Origin: a virus
Taxonomy: Duplodnaviria > Caudoviricetes
Length of the DNA stretch: 62,923 nucleotides
IMG/VR virus record: IMGVR_UViG_3300044626_001587
Location: 1-62,923 of that record
Reading direction: 5' to 3' (one strand)
The notes under the pieces were generated by a model. It had not been told where the DNA came from, ran no database searches, and saw only the letters and a program-made list of their open reading frames with translations. Positions 35,198 through 45,819 of this stretch are shown piece by piece. Every line of letters starts with the position of its first letter. Positions within the stretch are counted from its first letter, which is position 1. The translations under genes were made by a program, and so were the position numbers.

Positions 35198-36945
35198 TGG
35201 CCAATACAGTATTGCTACTAAACGATTTATCTTTTAGTGGTATTAAAAATTCTTTAAGAGCTTACTTATCTCAACAAGGTGAGTTTACAGATTATAATTT
35301 TGAAGGATCAAATTTAGCAGCGCTAGTTGATTTGTTAGCGTACAACACACAACAAAATGGCTATATGCTCAATATGATTTTCAATGAAGGATTCATTGAT
35401 TCAGCTCAAACATACGATGCAATTGCCTCTCACGCAAAAGAACTTAGTTATACACCAAGATCACAAAAATCTTCAAGAGCTGTTTGCACAGTTTCAGTAA
35501 CACCTCCTGCGGGCCAGAACCCATCTTCTATCATAATTCCCGCAAACACTGTATTTTCTAGCAGAGGTGCAAACTCTGCATATTCGTTTAGAACAATAGA
35601 TCCTTTTGTGTTATCTTTGTCTAATGTAATATCTTCAGGTGGCTCAACATTTTACAAATACTCGCTTCCAAATATCTCGGTCTATGAAGGTCCTATATTT
35701 ACAGAAACATATGTTGCAAACAATAATGACCAAGGACAAGAGTTTACCATATTCAATTCAAACGTAGATACAGAAAGTATTGTTGTTACTGTTGGGGGCT
35801 CTACTTATAACAAAGCAACCAGTTTGTTGGATTTTACAAATGAATCAAACATTTTCTTTGTAGAAACAACGTACAACTCCAAGTACAAAGTAACTTTTGG
35901 AGATGGAACAATTGGTAGAAGACCAGACACTGGTGCCTTCATTTCTATATCATATAGGGTTCCTGTAGGAGAACCTGCCAATGGTGTTGCTAACTTGATT
36001 GCAGGAACAATCGGTGGTTATTCGAATGTTCAAGTACAAGTAACTTCAAACTCTGCAGGGGGAGCACCAAGAGAATCCGTTTCTTCAATTAAATATTATG
36101 CACCAAGATGGTACCAAACTAGAGAACGAGCTGTCACAGTAAATGATTACGAAACATTGTTAAAGGTTAATTTCCCTGAAATCAAAGCAATAAATGTTTA
36201 TGGAGGGGATGAATTAGATCCTCCTCAGTTTGGTAAGGTAGCTCTTTCAATTGATCTTGCTGATGCTGATGGTGTATCAAAGGGAAGACAAGATTTATAT
36301 TCAACATTTTTGAAAAACAGAAGTCCTGTAACAATCCAACCAATCTTCATTGACCCAGAGTTCCTTAATGTTAGGGTTAACTCAACGGTCAAGTTTGATC
36401 CAGCCATAACCCTTGTTTCTTCTTTTCAGCTACAGACAGCAGTGCTAGCAGCAATCAGTCAATTTAACACCACTAATCTTGAGGATTTCAATACAACTCT
36501 CTATTTAAGTAGATTAATGGAAGCTATCAATAGAGTTAATCCAGCTATTGTTAGCAACGAAACAACTTTAACAATGCAGAAAACCATTGAACTAAAGCAA
36601 AACAGCACCGCTGTTTATTCAACACTGTTTCACAATAGTATTGAACCTGGATCTCTTCAAAGTACAGCATTCACATTTAATAAAGATACTTGTTTCTTTG
36701 GTGATTCAAATGGTTCAATACAATTATTCAGTCTTCAAGCAAATACGACACAAGTAATTACTGCAAATGCTGGCCTAATTGATTACAACACAGGAAGAGT
36801 TGATATTAGAGCTATTTCAATTTCATCTGTTTCAGGAACTCTTACATTCACCGCAACACCTCAAAATCAAGATATTTCGTCCAAACAAAATAGTATAATT
36901 CAAATTGACATGGATCAAGCCGCAGTTCAAGCTGTAAGGAAATAG
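35197..36945 (+). CDS. gp6: baseplate wedge
   Basis: FTDYNFEGSNL..LVDLLAYNT, RAVTVNDY, PPQFGKV. Confidence 0.95.
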   Translation: MANTVLLLNDLSFSGIKNSLRAYLSQQGEFTDYNFEGSNLAALVDLLAYNTQQNGYMLNMIFNEGFIDSAQTYDAIASHAKELSYTPRSQKSSRAVCTVSVTPPAGQNPSSIIIPANTVFSSRGANSAYSFRTIDPFVLSLSNVISSGGSTFYKYSLPNISVYEGPIFTETYVANNNDQGQEFTIFNSNVDTESIVVTVGGSTYNKATSLLDFTNESNIFFVETTYNSKYKVTFGDGTIGRRPDTGAFISISYRVPVGEPANGVANLIAGTIGGYSNVQVQVTSNSAGGAPRESVSSIKYYAPRWYQTRERAVTVNDYETLLKVNFPEIKAINVYGGDELDPPQFGKVALSIDLADADGVSKGRQDLYSTFLKNRSPVTIQPIFIDPEFLNVRVNSTVKFDPAITLVSSFQLQTAVLAAISQFNTTNLEDFNTTLYLSRLMEAINRVNPAIVSNETTLTMQKTIELKQNSTAVYSTLFHNSIEPGSLQSTAFTFNKDTCFFGDSNGSIQLFSLQANTTQVITANAGLIDYNTGRVDIRAISISSVSGTLTFTATPQNQDISSKQNSIIQIDMDQAAVQAVRK

Positions 36946-36947
36946 CT

Positions 36948-39900
36948 GTGAATCCATTACATAAAAAACTTTCATCAGCTGTTAAGAACCAAATACCAGC
37001 GTTTTATCATCAGTATGGTCCTGGATTTGTTTCATTTATAGAGCAATTCTATAAATGGATGGAGGAAGAAGGACAACTAACCTATATTACAAGACGTTTA
37101 CCAGAATTAAAAAACGTTCAAACAACAGATAATGAACTTCTATACCACTTCAAAGAAAAGTATTTGTCTGGTGTTGAACTTACAGATCCTGAGGGCATCC
37201 GCAATCTTATAAAAAATACAAAAGATTTGTATGATACAAAAGGGTCAAAACGTTCATTTGAACTGTTATTTAAACTATTGTATAACGACAATATTTCTAT
37301 TTCATACCCATTTGATGAGGTTCTTAAGCCTTCAGATGGGGTTTGGTACAAGCCAGAATTTATTGAACTGGTTCAATCTGAAAAGGCTAGACAATTAGTA
37401 GGAAAACAGGTAGTTGGTTCAACAACTGATTCTAAAGCGTTTATTGAATCTGTTGTAAGAATCAATGTTGGTGGTAAAAATTTTGATGTTGCGTTTATTA
37501 GTAAACCGGTTGGTTTATTTAGAGCTGGGGAGCAAATAGGTGTAGAAGGTGGATCTTCACAAGGTGCACCAATTGTTAAGGGAAGCTTAACGTCTATTGA
37601 TATTACTGATGGAGGAAAAAATAACAATGTTGGTGATTTGTTCTATATCACTTCTCCATCCGGTGTCAATGGTTTAGCAAGAGTAGCTGAAACGGTAGAT
37701 GCAACGGGTCGTGTTGATTTTGAAATCATTGATAGAGGATGGGGTTATACAAGTACACCAGAAATTGCAGTGTCTAACATTGTCCTTGCAGCAAACAATG
37801 TCGGAAACACTACTGTAAATTTCTTACAGTTTGAAACCGTTGAACAAGATCTTGCAAATATTGTTTTTATCGGCAATATGCAATCGATCAGCAACAACGC
37901 ATTCATCAAAGGATATGATGTTGGTGGGTTAAACGTTGGTAATGGGTTTATTGTTGAAACAACTGCTCTTAACGCAACACACACAATAGCTAAAGTGCAA
38001 GTTACTGGTGGTTCATTTGCAACTGTAACAGACATTGGAACAACAACACCAACACCTAACGCTCAAACGAGAACTGTCACAATAAGCCAAAATGTCATGG
38101 CAATCGCCAACATAATTGGCTTTACGGCTAACAGTGTTGGAATATTTAATCCTGTTGGTACTTTTTATACGTTAGAAACTGGTGAAACGTTTATTCGTGG
38201 TCAAACATCGAATGCATTTGCAAACGTTCTTCAGAAAAGCACGGGTACAGGGGCAACATTTAGTATAAGTGGGATCACAGAAAAAGAACAACTGTTTTTG
38301 TTTCCAGATATGCTTAGGGACAAAAGTACTGGTAACGTGTTGTTTATGAATGAAAAAATTAGTGGTAAGGAAGCAAACATTGGTTTTGTTGACTCGATCG
38401 CTGTTGGTAAACGTGTAAATTTTCAGAAATTATTTTCATATACTGAAGAGTTCAATCAAGTTGAAATGGTTGATCAACTTGAAGTTTCTAATAGTAATAG
38501 TTTTTTCCAGGGATCAGTCTCTGTTCAACAAAATGACACAAGGATAGTTGGTGCTTCAACAATCTTTAACCTTTTATTCCAAACAGAAGACTACATTCAA
38601 ATAGCAAACGGAACAGCATTTGATTTTTGCAAAATTACTTCAGTTATTTCGAACACTGAAATTTACGTACAGAGGCCACCACGGGTTTATGGTTCTGGAC
38701 TGTCTTATGGTAAAGGATTGATTATCGCTCAAGGTGAAACAGCAAATGCAAACACATCAGTGATAACAATATTTGATACAAACAATACAACCCAAACAGG
38801 AAACTCAACAGCTAATTTGTTAATAGGACAAAATAGTTTTTGTCTTGCTCAAGCTAATAGCATAGTCACTCTTGGTGGAACTGGTTATAGCAACACTCTT
38901 TCATCTGTTACAATAGCAAATGGGACACCAACCCAAGCAGCTCAAGGTGTTGTTGTCACTAACAGTACTGGAGGGATTGTTTCAATTAATTTGACTATCA
39001 ATGGTAGTGGTTACGATAATGATGCAAATGTTACGTTAGGAGGTGTTGGTTCTGGTGCAAATCTTAAAGTTGTTATGGATTATGGATATGGCTTTCCTAA
39101 GAATCCAAATGGTGGTTTAGACGACATCATATATGATTGCTTGAGGGCAAACACATATGAAATTGGAACAATCATCGCTCTATCATCTATCAATCCAGGG
39201 TCAAACTACAACCGAAAACCATTTGTGGCTGTTGTTGAACCAGTGATAGCCGGTTATAATAAGCAAGATTATATAATTTCAATTGAAAATCCAACAGCAG
39301 GATTCCAGCCTGGCGAACAGTTAACACAACAAATACCAACAAATATTATAAAATTACAATATACAAATCTAACAGGTAATACACAGTTTGATGTAGCTGA
39401 GCAAGTATATCAAGGAAACATTAATTTGCCAACAGCGCGTGGTGTTGTTGTTGCTCAAAGCTCAACAGATGTTTCATTAGGAAATGTAGTAGGTACATTT
39501 GTAAATACAACTGGTGTTGCGAATCAGATACATGGAATAACAACATCAGCCACAGCAAATGTTGCAAATGTTCAGCAAGATGTATTTGTTACTACAGCTA
39601 GAGGTGTCGTTTTAAGTACAGATGTTGTAAACTCATCTCTAACAATCTTAACTGTCGATCGAAGATCATTTTCATCAGAGTTTACAGTTGGTCAAAACGT
39701 GATTGGCTTTAGTTCTACAACACAAGGAAATTGTATTGCAACAGCTATCGACGCGCAAAGCAAGCCTTTAGGTTTAAATGCTAACGTTGAAGCTAACGTT
39801 GTTACTGCAAATGGTGTTGCGACTAAGTTAGATATTATTGACACAGGTGTAGGATATGAAAATGGTTACCAAGTTGTTTTGAAGACTACACAAAACAATA

Positions 39901-40181
39901 TCTTCAACATTACAGGATTTGCTAATTGTGTGTACCAAGGATACGGACAAGGAGAATTCATCCAAGATCGTGGCAAATTGAACCAAGCCATTCTTCATGA
40001 TAATGATAGATATCAAGCATTTAGCTATGTTATAGAATCTTCATTATCGAAAGAAAAATATCAAGACGTAGTCAACAAATTGTTGCACATTGCTGGAAAC
40101 AGAATGTTTGGCGATCTAAATAGACAATCTGAAGCTAATGCTTCAATTTCAATAGCTCAATCATTTGTACAAACGGCATAG
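36948..40181 (+). CDS. gp7: baseplate wedge initiator (gp7-like)
   Basis: FIEQFYKW, KGSKRSFELLF, LKPSDG, YQAFSYVI, LLHIAG..MFG; follows gp6. Confidence 0.8.
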   Translation: MNPLHKKLSSAVKNQIPAFYHQYGPGFVSFIEQFYKWMEEEGQLTYITRRLPELKNVQTTDNELLYHFKEKYLSGVELTDPEGIRNLIKNTKDLYDTKGSKRSFELLFKLLYNDNISISYPFDEVLKPSDGVWYKPEFIELVQSEKARQLVGKQVVGSTTDSKAFIESVVRINVGGKNFDVAFISKPVGLFRAGEQIGVEGGSSQGAPIVKGSLTSIDITDGGKNNNVGDLFYITSPSGVNGLARVAETVDATGRVDFEIIDRGWGYTSTPEIAVSNIVLAANNVGNTTVNFLQFETVEQDLANIVFIGNMQSISNNAFIKGYDVGGLNVGNGFIVETTALNATHTIAKVQVTGGSFATVTDIGTTTPTPNAQTRTVTISQNVMAIANIIGFTANSVGIFNPVGTFYTLETGETFIRGQTSNAFANVLQKSTGTGATFSISGITEKEQLFLFPDMLRDKSTGNVLFMNEKISGKEANIGFVDSIAVGKRVNFQKLFSYTEEFNQVEMVDQLEVSNSNSFFQGSVSVQQNDTRIVGASTIFNLLFQTEDYIQIANGTAFDFCKITSVISNTEIYVQRPPRVYGSGLSYGKGLIIAQGETANANTSVITIFDTNNTTQTGNSTANLLIGQNSFCLAQANSIVTLGGTGYSNTLSSVTIANGTPTQAAQGVVVTNSTGGIVSINLTINGSGYDNDANVTLGGVGSGANLKVVMDYGYGFPKNPNGGLDDIIYDCLRANTYEIGTIIALSSINPGSNYNRKPFVAVVEPVIAGYNKQDYIISIENPTAGFQPGEQLTQQIPTNIIKLQYTNLTGNTQFDVAEQVYQGNINLPTARGVVVAQSSTDVSLGNVVGTFVNTTGVANQIHGITTSATANVANVQQDVFVTTARGVVLSTDVVNSSLTILTVDRRSFSSEFTVGQNVIGFSSTTQGNCIATAIDAQSKPLGLNANVEANVVTANGVATKLDIIDTGVGYENGYQVVLKTTQNNIFNITGFANCVYQGYGQGEFIQDRGKLNQAILHDNDRYQAFSYVIESSLSKEKYQDVVNKLLHIAGNRMFGDLNRQSEANASISIAQSFVQTA

Positions 40182-40183
40182 CA

Positions 40184-41995
40184 ATGACAACTAAACATGT
40201 TAACAGCATTTTAAATATTAACAATGCTGAACGACTTTTTGCTAATATGCAATCAACAAACAATACGTATTACGTTTTTATAGGTAATCCTCTACCAACT
40301 CCCAACGATAATATTGCAACAAATATTGTGGCAACTGATTATTTGTTAACAAAAGATTACTATAATTATATGATTGCTGGAAAAAGAATTGCCAATACAA
40401 ACATAACAAGAATGGTAAAAAGAAACAATTGGCAATCTGGCCAACCATATCAATTTTATGACCACAGAGTTAGTAACCTAGCAAATACAAAATTCTATGT
40501 TTCAGTTGATTCTGGTTCAGATATCAAAGTGTTTAAGTGTATTTGGAACAATTATGGTGCTAATTCAACAATCAATCCAGGTACAATTCCAGAAGGACTT
40601 CTTGCAAACGTTAGTTCGTTTGAAACATCTGATGGATACAAGTGGAAGTGGATGTATACAGTACAATCTGCAAATACACAAAAATTTGCACCTGGTCTAT
40701 CAGAATTTATTCCTATTGAACCAAATCAAAACGTAGTTAGTAATGCTGTTAGTGGTAGTATCCTACATTTTGTAGTTGAATCAGGCGGAGCTGGCTACAA
40801 TAGTTACACTAACGGAACATTTTCTGCTATCGATGTTGGCGGTAATAATCAAATCCACCAACTACAAATAGAAACTGCTAGTCCAAACACTGATTTTTAC
40901 AAAGGGTGTTCTGTAAAAATTGTAGCAGGACCAGGTAGTGGAGAACAAAGAAAAATTCAAGAATATATTGGAGCTTCTAGACGAATTGTTTTAGACTCAG
41001 CTTTTGTAATAACGCCAACAATCCAATCTCAATATGTTATTGCTCCTTCCGTAACAGTTGATGGTGATGGTCAAGGTCTGAGAGCAATTGCTGTTGTTAA
41101 TGCTCAATCGAATACGATTAGTGGTGTTGAAGTAAGTAATTCTGGTTCAGGTTATAGTTGGACTTCTGTTACAGTAGAAGGTAACACAGGAATCATTCTT
41201 TCTAATTCTGTTGTACAACCAGTGTTTGCAAATGTTGCTGCAATCATTAGTCCTCCTGGAGGACATGGGGCTAATCCATATAATGAATTATACTCTGAAT
41301 ACATTGGCATCTCTATAGATTTTGCTAATAATGAATCAAACCAAATAACAACAGATAACGACTTTCACACTATTGGAATCATGAGAGACCCATTGTTTGC
41401 AAACGTTGTGTTTGGTGCCGCAAATGTTGTGGGATCTTTTAGTGTGGGTGAAACAATTCAACAGCAAAACACGTTTGCATCAGCATTTGTTGTTGGTTAC
41501 ACAGCAAATGCTCTACAGGTTTCAAATTGCCAAGGAAGATTTGAAACAGGAAATAGTAGTTTTGGAGTAATTAGAGGACAAACATCAAACGCTACCTGTG
41601 AAGTAGCAAATATCCAAAACAATGGTGTTGTGAAGCAATTTGATACGTTCAATCAAACGACAAGAATGACGATAGCATCAGTTACTGGTCAGTTTGTTGA
41701 GGATGAGTTGATAGAACAATCTGTATTAGGTGTTGTTATTGCTAATGGATATGTCCATGGAGCAAACAGTACTCATATTAGTGCTGTAAATACGAAAAAA
41801 ACTTTCCAAGTTTCAAGTATTTCTCAAAACTATCAATTAGTAGGAAATACTTCAGGGGCAACAGGAAATGTTACAATAGTTGTGCCACCTGATATTGTTC
41901 CATACACCGGTGAGTTGTTATATATAGAGAACATCATACCTGTTAGTAGATCTAACACACAAACTGAAACACTACGTTTCGTATTCAAATTGTAA
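40184..41995 (+). CDS. gp8: baseplate wedge
   Basis: YYVFIG, VFKCIWN, TSDGYKWKWMY, PPGGHG, GELLYIEN. Confidence 0.9.
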   Translation: MTTKHVNSILNINNAERLFANMQSTNNTYYVFIGNPLPTPNDNIATNIVATDYLLTKDYYNYMIAGKRIANTNITRMVKRNNWQSGQPYQFYDHRVSNLANTKFYVSVDSGSDIKVFKCIWNNYGANSTINPGTIPEGLLANVSSFETSDGYKWKWMYTVQSANTQKFAPGLSEFIPIEPNQNVVSNAVSGSILHFVVESGGAGYNSYTNGTFSAIDVGGNNQIHQLQIETASPNTDFYKGCSVKIVAGPGSGEQRKIQEYIGASRRIVLDSAFVITPTIQSQYVIAPSVTVDGDGQGLRAIAVVNAQSNTISGVEVSNSGSGYSWTSVTVEGNTGIILSNSVVQPVFANVAAIISPPGGHGANPYNELYSEYIGISIDFANNESNQITTDNDFHTIGIMRDPLFANVVFGAANVVGSFSVGETIQQQNTFASAFVVGYTANALQVSNCQGRFETGNSSFGVIRGQTSNATCEVANIQNNGVVKQFDTFNQTTRMTIASVTGQFVEDELIEQSVLGVVIANGYVHGANSTHISAVNTKKTFQVSSISQNYQLVGNTSGATGNVTIVVPPDIVPYTGELLYIENIIPVSRSNTQTETLRFVFKL

Positions 41996-42005
41996 CGGAC
42001 AATAA

Positions 42006-45000
42006 ATGGCACAGTCAACAAATTTAAACATTGCTCCTTTTTATGATGATTATGATCCTACGAAGCAATATTATAGAATTTTGTTTAGGCCATCAGTTCC
42101 CGTACAAGCTAGAGAACTGACACAATTACAAACTTTACTACAAAATCAAATTGAAGAGTTTGGTCAGAACGTTTTTGAAAAAGGAACAATTATTAGAGGT
42201 TGTTCGTTTAGATTTGTTGACAAATACCCATTCGTAAAAATTAAAGACAACGAAACAACCGGTGCTCCTGTCAATGTTAGTGAGTTTGCTAATGGTTGGG
42301 TTGTTGAAAATTCTTCAAATTTGACAGCAAAAATTTTAAACTACAAGTCTGGTCTCGAAAGTCAAAACCCAAACCTAAACACCCTTTTTGTTAGATATGT
42401 TAATGCTGGAGCGAATGGAGAAACACAATTCAGCAACAACAGTATTTTAACAGTTTATCCAAGTGATTACTCTATTCAACAACTCAACATAGTTAATAGT
42501 GGCACCGGTTACAATAATGCTGATATTTTGACATTTACTGGAGGTGGTGGCTCTGGTGCTGCTGGTTTCGTCAGAACAAATTCATCAGGTGCTATAACTT
42601 CAGCAGTTCTTTCGTCTGCTGGTTCAGGGTACACATCAGCTCCTACTGTTGGTGTTGCTAACAGTACGGGAGGAACAGCTAACGGTGTTTCAGCTTCTAT
42701 TACTGCAGAGAACTTTTTTGGATCAGTAACCGTAGCAGCAAATGTTATCGCATCGGTAGGAAATACAGAAACATATCCAACAGGACTTGGTTATGGCTTT
42801 AGAGTTTCTGATGGCGTAATTTTCCAAAAAGGATTTTTCATTTACGTTGACCCTCAAGAAGTTATCATATCACCATATTCAACAACCCCATCAAACCTAA
42901 CAGTAGGTTTTGTTGTTGCTGAAAGCGTTGTTAACAATTCTGTTGATACATCACTTGTCGATAATGCACAGGGAATCTCTAACGAAGGAGCTCCTGGCGC
43001 TTACAGATTGAAGTTAGAGCCAACATTGAACGTTGTTTCAACTGCTAATTTAGCAACAACCAACAATTATTTCATGCTAGCAGAATTCCAAAATGGTGTT
43101 CCAGTAAAACAAAAACAACAAACACAGTTCAATTCTATCGGAGCTGAATTAGCAAAAAGAACATCTGAAGAAAGTGGTGATTATGTTGTTAAACCATTCA
43201 CTATTATTCCTCAGCAAGCTAATCAATCACACTTTACGGCTTGGGTATCATCAGGTATAGCTTACGTTCAAGGTTATAGAACTGAACTACTCGGTAAGTA
43301 TCCTGTTTATTTGAGAAAGGGGACTGATGTAAGAGAAAAACAGAACCATATTCTCTCAACAAATTTTGGCTCATACGTAATTTGTGATGAATATTCAGGC
43401 AATTTTGACTTTAACATTGGTGGTGCTGTTAGCCTAAGAGACACGGCTTCCAACAGTGTTACAGATAGAGAGCAAACATTAACTGCACCAGGTAGTGAGA
43501 TCGGTACAGCAAAAGTTAGAGCGGTTGTTTACAATAGTGGTATTCAAGGAACAAACGTTTGTCAGTATAGATTGTATCTTTATGACATTAAAATGAATAC
43601 CGGTAAAAACTTTGCAGATGTTAGAGCTGTATTTTCAAATGGTACCTACAAAGGTGTTTGTGATATCGTATTAGACGAGTACGGTCAGTGCTATCTGTAT
43701 GACGCACAACGTAGTGCTATGATTTTCCCTATTGGTCAGAATGCGATCAAAACACTACGAGATTTAAATAACAATAACGATACGACCTTTGTGTTCAGAA
43801 CAAAAAGAGATGATGTACAAATAAGCAACACTGGTTTGTTAACATTAACTCTTACAGGAAATGAATATTTCCCTTATAGTGCAGGAAACTTATCTACCCC
43901 TGAAGAAGATCAATTTATTGTTACTTTAACCTATGGAGGAGGTGCAAACGCGGCTGCTGCATTAGCAGGAACTGTGAACGTTTCGTCTTCTTCAACAACT
44001 GTGTTAGGTAACGCAACAGCATTTTTGACAGACTTTAAAGCTGGTGAATATATTTCAGCTAACACAGAATTTAGAAGAGTGACTGCTGTCCAAAATAATA
44101 CTTCTATGGAAGTGGATGCAGCATTTACAACAACAGCAACCACACAAACATATAAAAGATACTATGCTGAAAATAAACCAATATCGATTTCACAAAGAAC
44201 AACACGTTCAATAAATGTCGCTTCTGGCCAGCAATCGTTAACAGTAAATATAGGAGATAACTTAGCTATATCAACAGGTGCTAATTGTTCTATCTCCTAT
44301 AATGTTCAAATTAACCAAGCACAACAATTAACTAAATCTCTTCAAGCAAATTGTTTAGTGAAATTAAATCTTAATAGTCATTCTACAAGTAACACTGGTC
44401 CATGGTCGTTGGGAGTACCTGATGCTGTTTCTCTTGTGCAAGTCACCAGATCAACAAATAGTGATTATGTCACAAGTGCGCAAGATGTTACGGATCAATT
44501 TGAGTTAGTCAAAAACGATAACGATGGATACTATGGTCTCAGCCTCCTTCGTAGAAAACCAGGAGTTTCTGGAACCGTTCTTGCAACTGATTATTTGCTT
44601 GTTAAATATAATGTATTCCAATCCTCTGCTACTGGAGGAGGAAAAGGCTTTTACTCAATAGATTCTTATCCAATTGATGATACTACAATCCCACTACCAA
44701 GTGATAAAATTAGAACTGAGCAAGTTCCAATTTATACATCTTCTATAACTGGTACTTCTTTTGAACTAAGAGATAGTATAGATTTTAGAACCCAAGTTCA
44801 AAACACAGCTGCTTATACAACAGTGATTGGATCAGCAACTGTTAATCCCTCATCAACAGAGGCATTTAGTTCTTCAGAAAAATATATTCCTGGGGCAGAT
44901 GCAAAGTTTACCTGCGACCTACAATATTACTTAGGAAGAATTGATAAAATTGCATTGACCCAAACAGGTCAAGCTATAGCAATAAATGGAACAGCCAGTC

Positions 45001-45797
45001 TTCAACCGTTTGAGCCACCAGATCAACCAGGAACAATGACTGTTGGAACTGTATTCATTCCTCCTTTTCCTTCATTAACACCAGTTGAAGCTGTCACTGC
45101 AGGAAGACAAACATCAGGTACAAAAGTACAATTCAATCAAGTTGAGCGTTTGACGATGAGAGATTTGAATGTTCTTGAAAGAAGAGTCTCTAGTCTTGAA
45201 TATTACACATCACTAAATTTACTTGAACAACAAACAAAAGACTTAATGATTCCAAGCGAAGCAGATCCAACAATCAATAGATTTAAGAATGGAATCTTTG
45301 TTGATTCGTTCAAAGATTTTGCTTTAGCTAACTTGTCAAGTACAGAATATAGAGCTTCGGTCGACTTTACAAGAGAAAGACTAGTTCCAAGATTTGAACA
45401 AACAAAGATTGATCTCGAGATCAGATCGTTAACCAACGTACAACAAACTGGGGAATCACTTTCTTTACAATATACAGAAAGAGAAATCATTCAGCAACCG
45501 TTTGCCACAAGAACTCGGCTTTGTGCAGAAGATGCTTGGAATTTTTCAGGCAGATTAGAATTGATTCCTTCTTACGACAACTTCTTTGAAACACGTGTTA
45601 ACCCTGTAGCAATCACACCTCAAGCTGAGGAAACAGCTGTAACAACAAATACTATCAATCTCAACCAAACAATCCAAATCAATCTTCCACAAATTGATGG
45701 TGGCACTGGTGTAAATCCAGGCACCAACGATTCATTACTTTTGGGTCGTGTACAAGGTCGTGTGCGGGGAACAACCGTTAATCTCATAAGAAACTAA
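42006..45797 (+). CDS. VrlC/DUF4815-like virion structural protein, N-terminal part
   Basis: PFYDDYD...ILFRP...QARELTQLQ, APGA, EESGDY, LEYYTSLNLLE, NGIFVDSF. Confidence 0.85.
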   Translation: MAQSTNLNIAPFYDDYDPTKQYYRILFRPSVPVQARELTQLQTLLQNQIEEFGQNVFEKGTIIRGCSFRFVDKYPFVKIKDNETTGAPVNVSEFANGWVVENSSNLTAKILNYKSGLESQNPNLNTLFVRYVNAGANGETQFSNNSILTVYPSDYSIQQLNIVNSGTGYNNADILTFTGGGGSGAAGFVRTNSSGAITSAVLSSAGSGYTSAPTVGVANSTGGTANGVSASITAENFFGSVTVAANVIASVGNTETYPTGLGYGFRVSDGVIFQKGFFIYVDPQEVIISPYSTTPSNLTVGFVVAESVVNNSVDTSLVDNAQGISNEGAPGAYRLKLEPTLNVVSTANLATTNNYFMLAEFQNGVPVKQKQQTQFNSIGAELAKRTSEESGDYVVKPFTIIPQQANQSHFTAWVSSGIAYVQGYRTELLGKYPVYLRKGTDVREKQNHILSTNFGSYVICDEYSGNFDFNIGGAVSLRDTASNSVTDREQTLTAPGSEIGTAKVRAVVYNSGIQGTNVCQYRLYLYDIKMNTGKNFADVRAVFSNGTYKGVCDIVLDEYGQCYLYDAQRSAMIFPIGQNAIKTLRDLNNNNDTTFVFRTKRDDVQISNTGLLTLTLTGNEYFPYSAGNLSTPEEDQFIVTLTYGGGANAAAALAGTVNVSSSSTTVLGNATAFLTDFKAGEYISANTEFRRVTAVQNNTSMEVDAAFTTTATTQTYKRYYAENKPISISQRTTRSINVASGQQSLTVNIGDNLAISTGANCSISYNVQINQAQQLTKSLQANCLVKLNLNSHSTSNTGPWSLGVPDAVSLVQVTRSTNSDYVTSAQDVTDQFELVKNDNDGYYGLSLLRRKPGVSGTVLATDYLLVKYNVFQSSATGGGKGFYSIDSYPIDDTTIPLPSDKIRTEQVPIYTSSITGTSFELRDSIDFRTQVQNTAAYTTVIGSATVNPSSTEAFSSSEKYIPGADAKFTCDLQYYLGRIDKIALTQTGQAIAINGTASLQPFEPPDQPGTMTVGTVFIPPFPSLTPVEAVTAGRQTSGTKVQFNQVERLTMRDLNVLERRVSSLEYYTSLNLLEQQTKDLMIPSEADPTINRFKNGIFVDSFKDFALANLSSTEYRASVDFTRERLVPRFEQTKIDLEIRSLTNVQQTGESLSLQYTEREIIQQPFATRTRLCAEDAWNFSGRLELIPSYDNFFETRVNPVAITPQAEETAVTTNTINLNQTIQINLPQIDGGTGVNPGTNDSLLLGRVQGRVRGTTVNLIRN

Positions 45798-45819
45798 TTA
45801 AACAGTAATGCAGGTTTAA